From assembly GCF_009914755.1 (NCBI RefSeq), contig NC_060927.1: a stretch of DNA of 64,000 bases, one strand, 5' to 3'. Under the pieces are notes generated by a model. The model had not been told where the DNA came from, searched no databases, and saw only the letters and a program-made list of their open reading frames with translations. Position numbers and translations under genes: made by a program. Position 1 is the stretch's first letter; each line of letters begins with the position of its first letter. Positions 45,245 to 61,040 of the stretch are shown here, in pieces. This stretch comes from the human T2T-CHM13v2.0 reference genome, Homo sapiens.

Positions 45245-45488
45245 GTTGTTTGTTTTGTTTGTTTGTTTGTTTTTGTTGGTTCGTTTGTGACAGGGTCACT
45301 CTGTCGCCCAGGCTTGAGTGCAATGGTGCGATCTCGGCTCAGGTGCACACCATGACACCTAGCTAATTTTTTTATTTTTGTAGAGGCTGGGTTTCACCAT
45401 GTTGCCCAGGCTGGTCTTGAATTCCTGGGCTCAAGCAATCTTCCTGCCTTGGCCTCCCAAAGTGCTGGGATTACAGGCATGAGCCACA
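45245..45488 (-). mobile_element. AluJ-like SINE with internal deletion
   Basis: atctcggctc|aggtgcacac junction removes most of the right-arm core. Confidence 0.85.
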
Positions 45489-45549
45489 GTTGGTTATTAC
45501 TTAGAAATCAATTTTATTTTATTTTTTAGTTATTATGTTGGATGGAAAG

Positions 45550-45770
45550 AGAGGTTGAAGAGTAGAAACTTTGGAGTGAGACTAATAAGAGTTTGAATGG
45601 TAGCTCTATCACTTACTAGATGTGATGAACTTTGTGTAAGTCATTTAATTTCCTCAAAAGCTTAGTGTTCCCTTCTGAATATTAAAATGAAGATATTAAT
45701 ACATACCTTGTGACATCACATGGGCAATAAACAGGATAATGTATTTGAAGTATCTAGAAGCCATACAATA
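45550..45770 (+). mobile_element. MIR remnant
   Basis: ctttggagtgagact...agctctatcacttactagatgtg...aagtcatttaatttcctc. Confidence 0.6.
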
Positions 45771-47430
45771 AGTGGTGGTGGTGATTTGTATGATTGTTAA
45801 GTCCTAAAATGAGGGGGAAAATTCTTAGGATATCCTTAAAAGCCTTCATAAAGATAATTGGCTAATAGAGTAGAGTAGCAATACGTTATTTCAAATTAGT
45901 ACACTATTGACTCTCAAGAATTCATACCAACGTCAGATAGTGACATAAGAAATTTGTTAATTTATTCATTTATTTGAAGAACTAACTGACCATTATCATT
46001 TTAAGTACTCACTGATAAAAGGATAAAAGTAGTGGGGAGGTCTTAATCCCACAGCTGTAATGGGCAACATGTGATCAAAGAGAAAAAGTTAGTGTGTATA
46101 TCTGATGTGTACTCTGACCCAACAGATGTTACATATAAGAATAAGATAAAACTAGTTGTCCTGCAAATCTACATTGTGAGGGCCAAATGTTGAAACAGAA
46201 TGATATAAAGTATTTCCAATTTAGCTGTAGTAAGCACCACAGTTTTTATTACTAATGCCTTTTCTGGTACGAGACATTTAGTGTTTGACTGCATGGACCT
46301 TTACAGTATAGGAGATCATGTGTGCCTGTTGGCCTCTGTGGAATGGATTCCTTGCCCTCTCAGCCCTGTTCCCCTAAAAACATGTTTAAAATCTCTAAAA
46401 GGCTCTGGATCTTCCAACTCTCAATATAGAGGCATGTTCTCTTTTATGCATTTTCTCTTTGGCTTCCACATAAGAATAAAAGACTATATATTTTTTAAGT
46501 AGTTTCTCCAGAAAATAATCTGGATTTTAAGCTTCTCTTAAAGACATGGAATTTCTGGCAACCATGTCTGCCATTGAGTTCCTCCACATGGATTTGTTCT
46601 TCTACTACTTTGATCTTACATGTAATATGCAATCACGCTAGCCTACCTCACTCATCTAACTTTTGTTTCTGACCCTTAAGGGCAAGTGGGTTTGTAGTCC
46701 TTGCTATTCCCCAGTACATACGCATGCCCTTAAAATTCCACGCCCGTATGGATGAAAAAATGCCACTTTAATATCTATAATAATACATTTTCATTTCCTG
46801 AGAGGTAAAGTTGTGATGCTGTTGGTCATAGAGAATTAAATTATCTTTAGCATCCCTGCATTATACGTTTTAGATATTGTGAATTCGTTGCTGATTGTAA
46901 ATATCTCTCACAATTCCAAACCCAAGTTAAGTAGAATATTTTGTTCTACATTTAAATACCACTTGAGCACATGAGACTGTTCTGGGAACTCTAGGAAAGC
47001 AGGAGGCAAATCAACTATGGTCCTGCCAAAAATCTCAAAGCAGTAGAAATGGGAAAAATAAAAAGAAATATACATGGAGTGGTGAGGTTCAAATGAAAAG
47101 GAAAGAAACCAACAAACATGCCCTAAGACCAGTTGAAACAGTGTATCCACCTAAACGAGGAATAAAGATGCTTTTCATCTTAATTCCAGAAAGCTCAAAC
47201 TCACTGAATTCAATAAATACCATTTATAGTCTTTATTCATCTATATTCTTCATTCCTCCTTTTGAAACTATGGAGAAAATAGTTGGCCATCTTGCAGGTT
47301 TATCATCATTAACAAATCAAATGTAAAATGCTTTGCAAAGTTTTTAAAAAATGGGAAAAAGAGCAAGCATAATACTATGCTGTGAATGAGATCTAAGCTG
47401 TATGCTAAGGATATATGCGTGAGTGAGCAA

Positions 47431-48327
<897 letters not shown>

Positions 48328-48462
48328 GCAAGATACCTCTGCATGCTGTATGAACCCTTTCAGTCTGCCTTCCATGATTGCATCTTTTCACTAAAGAGCT
48401 TCCTAGTGGCGATGAAGACTTGAAAATGTAATACATACCCATAACTGATTCCTACCTTCTTA

Positions 48463-48465
<3 letters not shown>

Positions 48466-48515
<50 letters not shown>
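48466..48515 (+). repeat. (TG)25 perfect microsatellite
   Basis: Direct reading. Confidence 0.97.
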
Positions 48516-48519
<4 letters not shown>

Positions 48520-48998
48520 AATGGGAAGGAAACCACAGTTTCTAAATGGTCCCACCTTCCTTATTAACAAAGAATTAGCATAAGTCCCAGAACATTATAG
48601 CTGTTTCTCTAAGAAGTTGTGATATACCACCGGGCGAACAGGAGACCAGGTGTCATGATTCAGTTTGGGGATCGAAAACTAGTAACAACTTCACTTTGAA
48701 AATCTTTTCAGTGCCCATTCCCTGGGGCTTTCAGGCTAAGCTACTGCTTTTATTTCTCTGCTATTTAATGTATAACAAAAGAAAAAGAAGGCATGTATCC
48801 TGGAGCCCTGTGGTGAGGAAAAGCAACTTAATGTTTATGAAGTGCTTTCAAGGGGATCATAATCTTAGGACCAGTGAGTAACCCGGAATGAGTTTTGTGT
48901 TTCTCTTGGGTCTCCTGGCCTGATCCATAAATTTACTTAGCTATGTCAGGGATCCTAGAGAATACTGGTCCAGTTCCCTAACTTTAGAGGTGAGGAGT

Positions 48999-49308
48999 GC
49001 CAGTGCGGTGGCTTACGCCTGTAATCACAGCACTTTGGGAGGCAGACGTGGGAGGATCACTTGAGGCCAGGAGTTCAGGACCAGCCTGGGCAACACAGTG
49101 AGATTTTCTCTCTACTAATTTTTTTTTTTTTTTAAATTAGCAGGACATAGTGGTGGTACATGTCTGTAGTCCTAGCTACTCAGGAAGCTGAGGTGGGAGG
49201 ATCACTTGAGCCCAGCAGATGGAGGCTGCAGTGAGCCATACCACGTCACTGCACTCCAGCCTGGGTGACTAAGCAAGATTCTGTCTCGAAAAAATAAATA
49301 AAAATAAA
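48999..49308 (+). mobile_element. AluJ-like SINE with T15 in the central linker
   Basis: AluJ diagnostics (ggaggatcacttgaggccagg, cttgagcccag). Confidence 0.9.
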
Positions 49309-51111
49309 GGTAAGGCAGATTGAGGCCTTAGAGATAATTCGTCTTGAAAAAGGTCACAGCAGTTAGCTGCAGTCTGAATGCTATTATTAGGACTTCCTGT
49401 CCCTCTCCACACTATACCTATTGTTTTCACAGGGTGTCTCTCCTTTATCTCCAGAGGCAGTTCATTGGATTATCACTGGGATCAATGGATCAGAAGGAAT
49501 AAGGGGGTGAAGTAGGAGCCAAAGGAAGTAGTTAGAAACTAATTGTGTTTTTTCTCAGCAGGATTCAGGCTTTTTCTCAGCAGGATCCAGCTTTTAAACT
49601 TTTTAACTTCTAAACTTTTCTCTAGAGTAATTGAAACTAACAGTATTTTAGTGGTGAAATGTTTGCAGTGCTTAGAAAAATCTCGAACAAATTTCATGTC
49701 TCTCATGTTATAAAACAGCATTTGAACTCAAGACTATAGAAGAGTTGTAACGTAAAGACGAATCCATTTTCGGCATTTTGAAATATCATTTGATCACTGC
49801 AGGCTAATTGCTGCTGTTCCTAATCCACCAGGTTGACACTTAATGAATGTTCATGATGAATCCGTTCTTTAGTTAGTTGAACCCTATAATTTTCTTGCTT
49901 CGTTTTCAATTTACAATATTTGTAATAAAGGTGCCATGCATAATTCCCTAGGAAAGGTCAATATACTCTTTTATTAACCATAAGCCTTTCTGGTCTTCTG
50001 GGTGTATATTTGTCAGGGAATAGACTATTCTTTTATGATTTCAAATGTTAGATTGTACAGATTGGTTATCTTTACTATATTACCTGCTGAAATTTCTACA
50101 TATAGACATTTAGAAAATTGGGATAATAGCAACCAGCCTTTTTTACTATTCTTTCGGGAATGAGAAACTCAAACGTGTGTGGGGACTGGGTATGTAACAT
50201 GAATGAGTGAACGGGGAATGGATACAAGGCCAAAAGAGACAGGTGGATATTATGGTAGACTGGAGCTCATGTGTTCTCCCTTACCGCCTATACTGTTTTG
50301 AAAACAATTTAATCATTATGCTAGGCAAACACAACACATTTTGGGCTGATTTTCTCAACTTTGTTTATTGCGCACCTCCACATCCGTTTGATCTTCGAAA
50401 CACAATATAGGGAGAATATAATTAGACCCTTTTTTCAGATGAGGAAACTGAGTTTTAGAGAAGTTAAGGTCTTTGCCTGAAGTCATACAACTAAGAAGTG
50501 GTAGAAATAATATTCAAACTTAAACCATACTCTGATGCCTGTAAAACCAAAACTGCACTCTAAGGAAAGAAAGATCATGTGATGAATGCAGTTCTTTTCA
50601 GCACTGAAAGAACATCAAGCTGGAAGTTAAGTTAAATAATGTGGGAGCATTACAGTCACCTAGAAAAAGCAGAGTTGTGGTGGCCGACCTGGCTGGATTA
50701 AAATCCCAGCTGTACTTGTCACCTGACAGCCATCTCACTTTGAGCAAGTATTTAATCTCTGAACTTCATTTCCCCCTCTGATAAAAGAGATAATATGACT
50801 CACCTGACCAGATGGTTTTAAGAATTCAATACCATGGCTCATAGAAGGTATTCAATAAGCGCTAGTTCCCTTTCTCCTACAGACGTAAGTGCTGGTATGA
50901 GTATAGGGAAGATTTTAAACTAATGAGTTCTTTCTTTTTGAGTACTTGGATAATTATACTTGAGTAGTTCCTGCTTGGATATACTCTGAAAACTTGGCTT
51001 ACTTGGCCCTGGACACCCTAACCCCCTGCAGTCTTATTTATTCATTCTTCTAGTCAAAGACATGGGCAAGTACATGTGTTCTATTTGTATATAAGTACAC
51101 ATTTGTACATG

Positions 51112-51114
<3 letters not shown>

Positions 51115-51159
<45 letters not shown>

Positions 51160-51169
51160 GAGAGAGAGA
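51115..51169 (+). repeat. Compound (CA)n(TA)n(GA)n microsatellite in MLT2
   Basis: Direct reading. Confidence 0.92.
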
Positions 51170-51581
51170 TTTAATATGATAAATTGGCTTACATGATTAT
51201 GGAGTATGAAGTCCCATGACCTTCTGCCTGCAAGGTAGAAACCTAGGAAAGCTGGTGTTATAATTCCAGTCCAAGTCTGAATGCTTGAGAACCAGGGGTG
51301 CTGATAGTGTAAATTCCAGGCCAAGGGCAGGAGAAGAGCAATATCTGAGCTCAGTAGGCAGGCAGGAAGCAAAAGGAGTGAATTCCTCTTCCTCTTTCAT
51401 TCTACTCAGGCCTTCAGTGGATTGAATGATGCCAACCACATAGTTGGGGGGCAGTCTACCTTGCTGAGTCCACTGATTGCAATGCTGACCTCATCTGGAA
51501 GCACCATTACAACACATCCAGAAATAATGTTTAAGCTTTGCACTCCTTGGCCCAAATTAACATATAAAACTAATAATCACA
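51150..51581 (-). mobile_element. ERVL solo LTR, MLT2B-like
   Basis: aattggcttacatgattatggag...aagtcccatgac...ccttcagtggattgaatgatgcc...aaaactaataatcaca. Confidence 0.82.
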
Positions 51582-51740
51582 AATGTTTAACGCAAACAAG
51601 TTACGGTGAAAATACAACTGGTTTTGTGATAGATGGGAACTGGAAGGAAACTCGACAATGAGTGGTCAGGAAAACCCCTCAGATGGCAGGATTACATTGC
51701 ATAATTTGTGCTACCACCCCATGTGGCGGCTCTGCTGAAG

Positions 51741-52553
51741 TGATACGGACAGGAGACAGGGATATACTGGGTAGAAGGGCAGTCCCTAGTGAGGGCCACA
51801 CCCTCAAGCCTGGACTCATGGCCCAAAGTGAGAACATGCCTTCCTGTTTTCCCACCCACATGTTGCCTTTTCCAGAACCACCCTGGCCCGCGCTGCCCCC
51901 CCCCCCCGCCCCCCCATCCTGTACCCATAAAAACCGCAGACCCCACTGGCAGAGCAGAGAGGCGTGGCAGAGGAGAGAAGAGGTGTCCGAACGTTGAGAG
52001 GTGAAGAACCAGCTGGGCATCGGAGACTACAATCGGAGAGGATTTGGGCTGGGGATGGTTAGAGAGGAGTTTGTCAGCCGAACTCCAGGGGAAGACAACC
52101 CTTCCCCTCCATCCCCTTTCCAGCCCCCGCTTCCTGCTGGGAGCCACTTTCATTGGCAGTAAAAGCCTCCACATTCACCACCCTCCAATTTGTTTGTATG
52201 ACCTCATTCCTCCTGGATGCTGGACAAGGACCTGAGTGCAGGTGCAAGAGGCTGTCACACTGACCCTCCACTGAGTTGTTTTAACACTTAAAGTGTCCAC
52301 GGACAGCAAAGCTAAAAGAGCACGCTGTAACACATACCTTCCGGGGCTCCGGGGCCACAGGCAACCCCTAGATGCTACAGCGGTTCTGCACAGAGTGCTG
52401 CTCCTGCCAGTTGCCCAGAAGTGCTTGTCCCAGCCTCTGCACCTGCTTACCTGCGTGCTCCCTCACCCTCAACGGGTTAAGATCTGTGGGCTGCGTAAGC
52501 AAGCTACCCCTTCACAAGTCCTGTGAAGGGATCAAGGGAACTGCCCCATTTCA
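51741..52553 (+). mobile_element. ERV1 solo LTR, LTR1 family (HUERS-P2 type)
   Basis: Starts TGATACGGACAGGAGACAGGG..ATACTGGGTAGAAG; ends ...cccatttCA; GC-rich relative to the flanks. Confidence 0.85.
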
Positions 52554-53051
52554 ATTTGAGTTTAGACCTGAAAGACAAGAAAATGATTCTCACCCCTCAC
52601 CACCATCTCCTGATTACCTGAAATAATGAACAGTGTTGGTAACTATCAAAACCCATCTCTATCATTTTAAAAGTCATTATCATGTTCTGGAAATTTTTTT
52701 AAAAAGCTTCTACTGGAGCCAAGAGTGGCTCAGCTTTCAAGAAAGAATGGTTTTTGCTCATGATTTTCTGTATTTTAAAATTATTAGATCCATTTCTGTG
52801 AAGTGCAATTGAATGGTATAGTGACCACCATCACAGGTCAGGGAGAGCAGCTTTTCAGGAGAGTGAAATCTGGTGTCACTCTTGAGGCCAAAAATAAAAT
52901 ATTAACCTTAAATGCAGTAAGTAACCTCAGTAATTTATACAAATGGTTCTATTTTTTATTTGAACTATTGTTTCTTGGCACTCATTCATGCAAAAACTGG
53001 GTTAGAAATTGGTATAGTTGGTTCATGCTATGAACATACAGTTTGATCTTA

Positions 53052-53474
<423 letters not shown>

Positions 53475-53711
53475 TCATTACATACAGGAATTATTGCTAT
53501 AAAAGCCATAGTGTTTATTTGGTCAGTGTCCGAACTTTTTACAAGGTAATAATAGAGGAAGAAGAATCCTGTAATGACTGAATTGCATTTTCTGGAATTG
53601 GATTCCCTGAATTCAGATTTAGTCTAGGTCACTTACCAGCTATTTAACCACAGTCACGTTATTTAACTTCTCTGAGTCTTTTTCCTCATCTGTAAAACAG
53701 GGATGCAATAG

Positions 53712-54079
<368 letters not shown>

Positions 54080-55348
54080 ATAGTATTAATAATAATATAT
54101 AATGTAATCATAAGAGTAACAACTATATACCATCACATCATCATCATAACAGAAATAGCTAATGTGTATTGGGTACTTACCATGTACCAGGCATAGTTCT
54201 AAGCATTAATTTCAAGTGGACATTTGGGAAGAGAGAAGTAATTCAGGCACCCAAGGGAAATGGATTTTTGAAATGTGAATTGTCTTCTGTGTCCTGTGGC
54301 CTTCCATTTTGCAGACACCCACTCATTTCACTGTATGATATAATTTGGAATTATTTAACCCAATGGAATATAAACTGATGGAATGTGTATTACTTCATAC
54401 TATCATGATAAAATAGAATTTGGAGATAGAAATAATTGATCTCTCATATGACACAGCTGCCCATTCACAACATTCTTACTGAATTAAGATGTTCAAAAGC
54501 AAACTTTAAAAAATACATACGTAAGGATCTATGATATGATAATTTTTAAATACTATTATTTGGCTAAGTATTCTCCACAATCTTTGGAAAAATATACTGT
54601 CTTGTTAAATTCTTTTCCAATTAAATTGTAATCCCATAAAGACTCCTATTCTAAAGGTCAAATTAAAAAGCATTTATCCTCAGAGGCTCTAAAAAACAGT
54701 CATTAGAATGCCAACCCTTAAATGGAAACACCATTAAGCTCAATAGCTGAATAGCTTTTATTAGAATTACCCAATCCCCCTAGCCAGCCCTGCAACCCTG
54801 CTGACACCCCAGGGCCTGCAGGAGAGGATAACCTCTGTATTTGTTTAAGAAATGACAAGAAAAATTTTCTTTTTTAAAGATATAACAGTCAAAGACTTTG
54901 GTCTTTACATAGATGAGCGTATCAATCTTCTAAGAGACACAAAAACAGAAAAAAAGTTCTGATTCTATCTGTCTTTTTTTTTCTCCTGATGCTTTTAAGG
55001 ATTCCCCTGTATTTTATTTTCTCTTTATGCCTTTGAGGATTTCCTCTGGGGCTCTACATAATCAGGTGGATCTTTACCATGTAGATGCTGCATTCAGTCT
55101 TAATGAAATGATCTCGGGAGCCCTAGGAATTTGCCTGACCATTCAAAATAAGCATAGCAAATGAAATACTGGTCTCTAGAACCAGATTGTGGAGGTTGAA
55201 ATTTTGACTTCTCCTATTACCTGTGTGTCTCTGGGAAGGTCCTTTACTCTGAATCTGTTTTCTCACCTGTAAAACAGTAATTCCTAATCCAAGGAGCACT
55301 TGCAAGAATTGAAGATATGACACATGTAAAGTGTGGAATTATGTTTAG

Positions 55349-55732
<384 letters not shown>

Positions 55733-57251
55733 TCGGATTTATTTTGGTAGAAAATAGAGGATAACCCAAAGAACAATGTAGAGAGGTTTTTAAAAAAAAT
55801 TAAAAAGCTAAATTAGAGGAGACCTGGAAAAGTATATATCTGATTGCAAGATTAAGGGTAAAGTTTTCCATTGTTTGGAACTGGCCCTTAATTCTGGTTA
55901 CAATAGACTAGAAAAGTGCTTATGGTGTTTAGCCATTTAGTAGAGTATCCAAGGAAGGTAGCTCTTTCTTTGAGAAGGTACAATTAGTAATAATGATGAT
56001 TCTAATAATAGCAGCAATTGCCATTTAGTGCTTTGCATTTACCACATGCCACGTTACACAATTTACAAGCATAATTTCACTTCTTATTTAGGGGAAAAAT
56101 TATTATCTCTTTTTAAAATGAGAAAACCAAGATGAAGTCAAATGAAGTAATTTATATGGAGTCACACTGTAAGTGGTGAAGTTAGAATTCAAACCTGAGT
56201 TTGTTAGATTTTCATCTTCTGAGTGCTACTGCCTCACCTGGATGAGGTTCCCTCTTCTGTATTTGGGGCCATGTAAAGGGATTAGTTGTGGTGAAGTGAA
56301 CTGGAGAGAGAAAGGCATTGAGCCATAGTGGATCTCAAGAGATCCTCTGGGCCAGCTTGCTGCCTTCCATCAGGTAAATGACCCAGCCATCTAGGACAGA
56401 TGCTTGCTATTTTTTCTGAAAGATCTTCAGGGATAGTCGTTTCACAAGCTCCTCAGAAGGGAAAGGAGCAGAATCAGTCAAGCACAGCAAAGTAAGGGCC
56501 TAAGTAGGCAGATGTGCTCAGTGTGACTGGGACCCCCAGCTGACAAGCTTGCTGTGCAATGTTCTGCTTGAGAACTTTCTGTTTAACATGCCAGGCAAAT
56601 CAGCCACCAAGTCCTAAGTCCAGGAAAATCACTTTGTTTTCTGTGAGTGTTGCATGAATTTATCCAACTGCTTTGGTTGTAGCAGGGCAAGTTTGATGTC
56701 TGTCATAGACCTATCCACCTTCTGTAAAAGCAGTTCAGAGGATGACCAATGAGCTATCTTTTTCTGCCATTCATAACTTGTGCATTTCCTTGACTTGCTT
56801 CTGTTACAAGGAAAATGATCTTATTTTTTATGCAAATCTTGCACATAAAATTGATAAGTATTTGATGATAATCAGCATCTGCCATCACCATTTTGCAGAC
56901 ATGACAGATATTATTACTTTTGTTTAGATAAGGTTCAAATGAGCTTGGATTTGGTTGCTTATTTAATACTTGTCTTCTCTGCTAGCCTGTAAACTCTGTG
57001 TCACAAGAGTAATTACAGTGTCTTAAACCTACTATACACTGAAGGATGAAGACAACAAAGGCAGACCAAGATTTGAGTCGGCAGAATTTCAGTTTCCACA
57101 AGGACAAGCCATTTTGACCTCTCTGAGATTATTAAAATGAGTTTTATCATGTAACTCACAAGATTACTGTAAGGAATTATGCAAATAATGGTGGTATTAT
57201 TGTTATTTTTATTATTTAGTTCAGAAATCACTTTTTAAAGATGAGGAAACT

Positions 57252-57549
<298 letters not shown>

Positions 57550-57629
57550 TTAGAAACTGAGCTCTATACAAACATAGTAAGAGTTCACCCAAGTTCATGG
57601 ACAAGAAGAATGCAAACCTGATGCCTGAT

Positions 57630-58210
57630 GTATTACTTTTGTCAGCTACTGTAATAAATTGACCTACATTTGGTGACTTGAAACAAAAGCAATGTGTTCT
57701 TTTATGGTTCTAGAGACTAGAGATGAGATACCCGAAACTTAGTAGGAATGCACTGCCTCTAGGGGTTTTAGGGAAGAATCTTTGCGTCTTCCACCTCCTG
57801 ATGGCTGCCCTAGCATTCCTGAGCTTGTGGCCACATCTTCCCAGTTTCTGCCTCTGTCCTCACATTGCCTTCTCCTCTGTGTGTCTGTCTAATCTCCCTC
57901 TGCCTCACTCTTAGAAACCCTTGTCATCGGATTTAGGGCCCACTCAGATAATCCGGGATGATCTCCTTATCTCAAGATCCTTACCTTCCTATGAGATGGG
58001 TTGATAGGTGCAGCAAACCACTGTGGCACACATTTACCTGTGCACCTGCAATCCTGCACATGTACCCCTGAACTTAAAATAAATTAATTAATTTTAAAAA
58101 CTCTTAACCTTATTTATATCTGCCTAGGTCCCTTTTCCTAGTTAAAGTCACACTCATGCATCCCAGCACTTAAGACATGGACATTCTTTCGGGGGGCCCT
58201 TATTTAACCC
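57630..58210 (-). mobile_element. MaLR solo LTR (MLT1C-like) containing a short sense L1PA 3' end (about 57992-58100)
   Basis: ggatttagggcccactcagataatccgggatgatctcc (MLT1); gggttgataggtgcagcaaacc...cctgcacatgtacccctgaacttaaaataaa (L1PA 3'UTR). Confidence 0.8.
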
Positions 58211-60679
58211 ATATTTTTACATGATCCCTATGTTTTCCTGACAAGGATTCTAATTTGGATGTTTTTACAATAATAAGTGTTATACTGTCTGAATCAAATA
58301 ATAGGAATTTCTACTACACAACAATCTTCGTGATAATGGCTTAATATATAATCTTTATTTCACAGATGAATCATTTCAAGATCCATGATCCTCCTAGTTT
58401 GACAGAAATAACATAATTTGCTTGAATATTAATGTTGCTCTTAGTTTTGAGTGAGATGTTTTTAAAGTATCTAAAACTGATTGGTACACACATCTTTTCA
58501 TTTGCAGCTGAATATGTACTAATTCTGGCTGTGAGCTTCCTAAGCAAGAATGCTAGAAGCCAATTGAATTAGCAAATGCACTCAGATTTTTGATAGCATT
58601 ATTCCACTGAATGTGGAAGTCCTTCAGAAAGAATCAGCTACAGAAACCGTCTTGCTAACAGACACCTGTCAAAACCAATTCCATTCACTTAGCACTCACT
58701 TCTAATATTGAAGGGTGTTTTGTTATAACTTCAGTATCTTCCCACCCTTGTGAGAGAGAATAGGGTGGGAGAGAGAAATCCTTAGTTTAGGCTGTTTTGA
58801 AATGGGTATAGTAATAATAAATCCCTCAAATTTTATATAAGATGTATTTATACTTTGCATTTTCAAAATACACATTCTCAAATACCAGTATTTATGGAAA
58901 CATTCCTCTGATGAGTGAAGATTTGCAAAGCAGAGCTTAGCTTTCATAAAAGATAGGGACATCTCTGTCACACCACCCATGACCTGAGACATGTAACCTC
59001 CTTGGGGAAGTATTATTGTTTCCATTATGGTTGCTGAGGAGCAGCAAGTTCAGTTGCTGAATTATTTCCACATGATAGGCAATGAAATGAAGAAAGCTAA
59101 CCTTGTATAAAATGCTCAAAACAGGAAGACAGAGTTCAAATGAAAACAAATTCACAATTAGCTTCATCCGAAATAGAAACAGGTTTGCTTGCTGGAAAGA
59201 AAGTTCACACTCTTCACTCTCGATTCCTATCACGCTTCTGCTTGTTTCTCCAAAGCTATATGAAGGCTGGTTAATCACCTTATCTATTCATAAAGTCTAT
59301 TAATCTTTCTTATTAACTTGTAAGACCTTGTCAGATGAGGTCCAAAAACAAGTTTTAAGACCTTGCTATTACTACTGGTAATGTAGTAATGTTTCTCCAT
59401 TTCTAGCTTTTACCCACAACCACTTGGTTTATTTCCATCTATAATGGAACAAAGAACTTTGAGTTTTACTGGATTTTTGTCCCTTAATTACGGATGTTTG
59501 CCTTCATGAAATATGACGTGGTTTTGGTTTAATGAAAGAGCATCGAAGCTGTCAAGAACCTCAGTGATTTTTCTTTTCAGTTCTTAATCACTGCTATTTG
59601 AGGGATGTTTTGATAGTATCATTTCTTAATTGCGTTTTCGAAAAATGATTTGTTTCAATAGCCACATTTCCAGAACTTGACAATCACCTCACTGCTGCTA
59701 CCAGTATCGTATTACCTTATTCCATGCTACCTAGGAAAAATAACAGAAAAAGTAACCATTTCTTGCCTTGATTACAGTTACTGACTACAGAATAAGGAGA
59801 AGAAAACAAAATCATGTGGAACTTCAGATTCTGAGACATTAAAAGGGCCCACATAGCATTCAGTTAGTAACCCATTCCTATGAATGAATCTTTGAGAATG
59901 AATCACTCAAATTCCTATCTGAGAAAAATGACCAACTACTGCCTGCCACTTTACTAGTGGGCCATGATTAGTTGGAAATACCAAATGAAAACATGTACTG
60001 CCATGCATATTTTTCTTGGTGGTGACATTTGTAGCATAAAGTTTACAGCATAAGGAAATTTAACATGTTTCAAATTCACCATATCTGTTAGGCATGCTTT
60101 CCTGTTCATTCATCTCTTTTAATAGTTTGGAACAAATAATGAAAACCATGTGCCATGTTTTACAGATTCTGAGCCTCAAAGATAATTAAATCATGAAAGA
60201 AATGTTTCTACATCTGCAAAAAATGTCTGGTGCCCGATCCATCAGTAGAAAAAGACTTACAGGCAGGAAGCTCTGCTGCAGCAGTTCTCAGGGTATGCTT
60301 AGGAAGGACACTGATTCTCAGAGAGATCAACAATTAACAGTTCACATCTTAGTTTTCTAAAAGACTTCTGGGAGTCTTTGATGCTGTAATGTATGTTGGA
60401 TAGTCCCAAAAAGGAGATACAATAAATAGTAACTCCCAGTCTCTTGATAATAAATCCCTTTTTTTGTTCATAGAAAAGCACTGTTTTTAGAACAAACTTT
60501 GCAAAAACTGTTAACATAGCATAAGACAGTGGAGTAGAAGAAGAGTGAAAGTATCGACTTGGGTTCTAACCCTGGCTGTACCTCAAATAGGGCATGTTAA
60601 GCATATCACTTGACCGCTCAAGGCTTCAACTTCCTTTAGAGATAGAAATAAGTCATCTCTTGAGTCCTTTGAAAACTTA

Positions 60680-61040
60680 CATCTTCCATTCTGTTTAGGC
60701 TGCTGTAAGCTGCCATTGACTGTGGGCTTACAAAGAAAGGAAATACATTTCTTACAGTTATGGAGCCTGGGAAGTACTAAATCAAGACACAAGCAGATTC
60801 AATTCCTGGTTAGGGCCTACTTCCTGGTTCACAGACTGCTATCTTGTCACTGTGCACTCACGTGGTGGAAGGGGCAAGGGAGCTCTGTCGGGCCTATTAG
60901 GGGACTAATCCCATTCATGAGAGCCCCATGCTCATGATCTAATCACTTACCAATGGCCCTACTTCCAGATACACTTTGGGGTTAGGATTTTAACAGAGAA
61001 TTTGAGGGGTGGGGTGGGGACAAACATTCATTGCATAACA
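60680..61040 (-). mobile_element. MaLR solo LTR (MLT1A-like)
   Basis: gggcaagggagctctg...actaatcccattcatgagagccc...ttggggttaggattttaaca. Confidence 0.8.

Noticed and set aside
51662-52626. Cluster of longer ORFs (up to 160 aa) on both strands
   Set aside because: They lie in a GC-rich LTR where stop codons are scarce; no recognisable domain.
56355-56380. Possible recursive splice sites CAG|GTAAAT (also TAG|GTATGA at 15011 and TAG|GTGAAG at 19480)
   Set aside because: None combines a strong pyrimidine tract with a GTRAG donor; two lie in old repeats. My scan was by eye and not exhaustive.
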